DNA of 64,000 bases from an uncultured bacterium. Its GTDB lineage: Bacteria; Zhuqueibacterota; QNDG01; DTFT01. The notes beneath the pieces are model-generated. The model made no database searches. It had not been told where the DNA came from and saw nothing but the letters and a program-made list of their open reading frames with translations. The position numbers were made by a program, and so were the translations under genes. Numbering within the stretch: the stretch's first letter is position 1; each line of letters opens with the position of its first letter. Below are positions 60,817 to 64,000 of this stretch, in pieces. The stretch spans positions 1 to 64,000 of the forward strand of contig CAVTNR010000019.1 of the NCBI GenBank assembly GCA_963736115.1, read 5' to 3'.

Positions 60817-62025
60817 ATGAGCGATTCATCGCAGAACCGCAGGGATTTTCTGAAAACCGGACTGGCCGGCGCGGCCGGGTTTGCGCTTCTGGGGCGCCGC
60901 GATCTGTCCGCCGGGGCGTTGAAAACGGGAGACCGGAAACCGGCCGTCCGGACGCTGGGTCGGACCGGTATCCGTCTGCCGGTTGTGAGCATGGGCGCAG
61001 GGGACACCCAGGACCCGGCCTTGGTGACGGCCGCCCTGAACGCGGGCATCGTTCTGATCGCCACATCCGCGTACTACTACAACGGCCAGAACGAAAAGAT
61101 GATCGGCCAAATCATGAAGGGCCGGAAACGCGATTCCGCGGTGATCATGACCAGCGCCATGGCCGACGGTTTCGACCACAAGGCCGGTAACTGGACCGCG
61201 TCGACCAAGGCCGAACCCTTTGTGCAAAAGTTCGAGGGCTGCCTGAAGCGGCTTGAAATGGAAACCGTGGACATCTTCCTGCTGCCTTTCGTGGCACGGC
61301 GGGAATCCGTATTTTTCGAACCGCTGCTGAAAGCGATGGAGAAGATCAAACGGGAAGGGAAGGCCCGTTTCATCGGCGTGGCCACGCACCAGTTCGAAGA
61401 TGAGGCGATTCGCGCGGCTGCTGAAACCGGAATTTACGACGTGGTCATGACGGCGCTTAATTTCCGGAAGGACAACCGTCTGGAGATTCTGGCGGCAGCG
61501 GAGGCGGCTTCGAAAGCCGGCATGGGCGTCATTGCCATGAAGACCATGGCCGGCGCATTCTGGGATAAGGAAAAGACCAGGCCGATCAACGCGGGGGCCG
61601 CGCTGAAATGGGCGGTCCAGAACCCCAGCGTAACCACGGCCGTTCCGGGAATGACCACCTATGAACAGCTCACCGCGGACGTTGCCGTGATGCGCGATCC
61701 GTCCCTGACGGCCGGGGAGAAGGCGGAACTCCAGCTCACGCACGGCGCTCCGGCGGACGGACCCTTCTGCCAGCAATGCGGGAAATGCGTCGGCCAGTGT
61801 CGTGACGGGCTCGATATTCCCACGATGATGCGGAGTTACATGTATGCGTACGGGTACGGCAATCTGGACCATGCCCGTCAGACGCTTCGCCTGGCTGAAA
61901 GACCTGAGAAAATCTGCGGGGAATGCAAGACGTGCGCCGTCCGATGCCCCATGCAAGCGGACGTGCGGGGCAAGATCAGGGACATCGTGCGGCTGGAGAG
62001 CCAGGATTTGAATCGGATGGCATAG
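60817..62025 (+). CDS. Aldo/keto reductase with twin-arginine leader and C-terminal Fe-S domain
   Basis: NRRDFLK; RTLGRTG, GKARFIGVATH, GVIAMK; CQQCGKC...C and CGECKTC...CP. Confidence 0.88.
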   Translation: MSDSSQNRRDFLKTGLAGAAGFALLGRRDLSAGALKTGDRKPAVRTLGRTGIRLPVVSMGAGDTQDPALVTAALNAGIVLIATSAYYYNGQNEKMIGQIMKGRKRDSAVIMTSAMADGFDHKAGNWTASTKAEPFVQKFEGCLKRLEMETVDIFLLPFVARRESVFFEPLLKAMEKIKREGKARFIGVATHQFEDEAIRAAAETGIYDVVMTALNFRKDNRLEILAAAEAASKAGMGVIAMKTMAGAFWDKEKTRPINAGAALKWAVQNPSVTTAVPGMTTYEQLTADVAVMRDPSLTAGEKAELQLTHGAPADGPFCQQCGKCVGQCRDGLDIPTMMRSYMYAYGYGNLDHARQTLRLAERPEKICGECKTCAVRCPMQADVRGKIRDIVRLESQDLNRMA

Positions 62026-62077
62026 AAGAAAAAAACCTCCCGCGGGCTCCTGAAGTCCGCGGGAGGATGAAAATTTT

Positions 62078-62152
62078 GTCATCCCCGCGTTCTTCAGGCG
62101 GGGATCTTGATACGGTTGCACTCAGGACCCCGGGGTCAACCCCGGGGTCGCC
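62078..62152. repeat. Composite GC palindrome; related hairpin at 60681-60708
   Basis: GTCATCCCCGC...GCGGGGATC and GACCCCGGGGTCAACCCCGGGGTC vs CCGACCCCGGGGTTCACCCAGGGGTCGG. Confidence 0.5.
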
Positions 62153-62167
62153 GGCTACGGAATCCGG

Positions 62168-64000
62168 TCACCGGTTCACCGCCCACAGGAGTTCCACCTT
62201 CCACGAGCCATCCGCCTGTCTTTCCCGCATCGCCTTGCGGGGGTAACCCGTGGCCGTGTATCCGTTCATGGTGAAATTCAGGCTGTAGCTCCACCAGAAG
62301 GGCACGGGGATATCCAGATGATCGCCGGTATAATGGGCGCACGCCCACTGGCGGCCGTGCCTCCATTCGATCCGGTACGGATCTTCCACCTTCACTTCGT
62401 TTTTAATCTGCACGCCCACGTCCCAGACCAGGTCCTCGGCGGGCGTAATCTCCGGACTGTAGTGGTACTGGATGAACACGTCGCCGAGCGTTTCGATTCC
62501 CCTCTTTCGGAGGTAGGATTCGAGCCTGCGGATCGCCTCGTCCTCTCCTTTCCAGTCCCCCTTGCAGGGGAGGATCAGTTCAAGACATTCCTTATCGGAA
62601 CGGAAGAACACCTCGACTGGCGGGTACGGATCTTTCATGCGCTCCACGGGCAGTTCCGCCACGAGGCGTTCCGGTTCGCGGTTCATTTCCGGAATACCGC
62701 CGGTCCAGATCAGAACCTGCGGATGCAGGATGCGGTACTGGTTGTGGTAGGCCCATGCCGCCATTTGCATTGAGAACGTCTTCTGATCGAACCCTTTCCG
62801 GTACTGGATGCGGACCACGTTCCGGACGGGAACCCGTTCGCACTTGAACGGCGGCTTTACGGCTGCGCTGTCCGCGACGGGAAAGCCCGCTTCCCACTGC
62901 AGCTCAGTCTGGTTCACCGTCTCAACGCTGTAATACTGCCGGGTAAACGGCGTTCCGGCCGGCTGGATGCCGAGAGCCTTCAGGGTATTCAACAGCTTCT
63001 CGAACACCACCGGATGCTGGGCCAGGGATCCGCTGACCGGGAGGAGGACCGCCCAGTAGGGATTCGTCGATTCGACCCGGAAGAGAGGTTTTGAGTCGTC
63101 CGTGGCCGAAAAGCCGGAGAAAAATCCGGAAAGCCTTTCCTTCCAGCCGGGCGCGGAATCGGTAGCCTCCGCATTCCCCGTGCTGGAAACAAACGAGCCG
63201 GCCACGTCGGAATTGACGATCAGCGCCTCCGTGAATCCGCATTGCACCGCTTGCTTTTTCAGAAGTTCGGCCTCCGCAAGGGTCCGGCAGTCCCCGATAC
63301 GGATCATGCGGTTCGGCGGTTCGAATATCAGGTAAACCGGCGTTTTCAATTTCGACATCGCATCGTCCCATGTCTTCCGTGCGATTTTTTCTTCGGTCGT
63401 GGAGACGAGCTGGACGCGGTATCCCCGGAGCGCCGTGGTGCGGTTGTCAGGACCGGTGGACTCTTCAGAGAATCGGTTTCTGCCGGACGGTGTCCCGGAA
63501 GAATAGTCGGCCGGAAATCGTCTGCCCCGCGCGGCCACTGCTTCTCCGTACGCCTGCATGCCTTCGGCGAATTCCCCGACTGAAACCACAGGCATGAACC
63601 ATTCGGTTTTGCGTATCCGGCCTGCGTTCCGGCGAGGGCCGTCCTCCCAGGCCTGGCCGACCGGACCGGCGATCAGAAAACCGCTCATTAACGTCCGGGT
63701 GATAAAGGCCGCGGCCGGGAATTCCTGATCCGGCGGATACTTGAAATCCACGGCAGCGATGGTGTCCTTCTCGAAATACCGGAGGACAAACGGCGGATCC
63801 ACTCGGAGATCCGTTCCCGGTGGATTCAGTTCGCATGCGATTTCCCACTGCAGTTGGTCGGGAGTCACCTCGGACGGATTGCTGTAAAAGAGCCGGAACC
63901 ACCGGTTCGTCGCCGGAAGTCCCTTCTCGCGGATGATCCGCTTCATCCGTGACCGCGCGTCGTCCAACCGGGAAAGCGGACCGGTCACCGGTAGAGTCAG
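62168..64000 (-). CDS. Multi-domain protein GyrI-like - SPOR - GyrI-like - GyrI-like (5' end outside the window)
   Basis: Three repeats of F..(Y/F)..P......L.W(E/D).G/A; central GYRVQL...IRIGDC.T..EAE.L.......GF.EA.IV. Confidence 0.7.
   Translation of the reverse strand: MTLPVTGPLSRLDDARSRMKRIIREKGLPATNRWFRLFYSNPSEVTPDQLQWEIACELNPPGTDLRVDPPFVLRYFEKDTIAAVDFKYPPDQEFPAAAFITRTLMSGFLIAGPVGQAWEDGPRRNAGRIRKTEWFMPVVSVGEFAEGMQAYGEAVAARGRRFPADYSSGTPSGRNRFSEESTGPDNRTTALRGYRVQLVSTTEEKIARKTWDDAMSKLKTPVYLIFEPPNRMIRIGDCRTLAEAELLKKQAVQCGFTEALIVNSDVAGSFVSSTGNAEATDSAPGWKERLSGFFSGFSATDDSKPLFRVESTNPYWAVLLPVSGSLAQHPVVFEKLLNTLKALGIQPAGTPFTRQYYSVETVNQTELQWEAGFPVADSAAVKPPFKCERVPVRNVVRIQYRKGFDQKTFSMQMAAWAYHNQYRILHPQVLIWTGGIPEMNREPERLVAELPVERMKDPYPPVEVFFRSDKECLELILPCKGDWKGEDEAIRRLESYLRKRGIETLGDVFIQYHYSPEITPAEDLVWDVGVQIKNEVKVEDPYRIEWRHGRQWACAHYTGDHLDIPVPFWWSYSLNFTMNGYTATGYPRKAMRERQADGSWKVELLWAVNR

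Overview
High-GC bacterial chromosome segment. FCB-type traits (secretion-system C-terminal PNPFNP domains, Wzi) suggest a KSB1-like anaerobe; this is inference only. The first ~1.28 kb is a frameshift-riddled fragment resembling Planctomycetes genes, fused mid-gene to the rest, and is probably an assembly chimera. The remainder carries: two secreted proteins, prfC, a NatAB-like ABC exporter, tRNA-Asp, and a terminator/antiterminator leader ahead of a 12-gene group 4 membrane [NiFe]-hydrogenase operon with three Mrp/NuoLMN-like subunits and HycI. Next come Fe-ADH, sucD, split fumarase, NfnAB, yceD-rpmF-plsX-fabHDG-acpP-fabF-rnc-acyl-CoA dehydrogenase, an extended Ndk, a DEAD helicase, hisS, a TPR-DUF2271 protein with a flavinylation motif, and etfB-(flavin protein)-Fd-etfA. 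The end holds a beta-1,3-glucan locus (GPH transporter, GH17, GH149) interrupted by a RAYT transposase with its REPs, a Tat-type aldo/keto reductase and a partial GyrI-SPOR-GyrI-GyrI protein. Intergenic DNA holds at least five small repeat families: GTAG REPs, IS200/IS605-like PATEs, TTGAT palindromes, and inverted heptamer and ~decamer arrays. No CRISPR array, rRNA or prophage seen. All family calls are by motif recognition, not database search.
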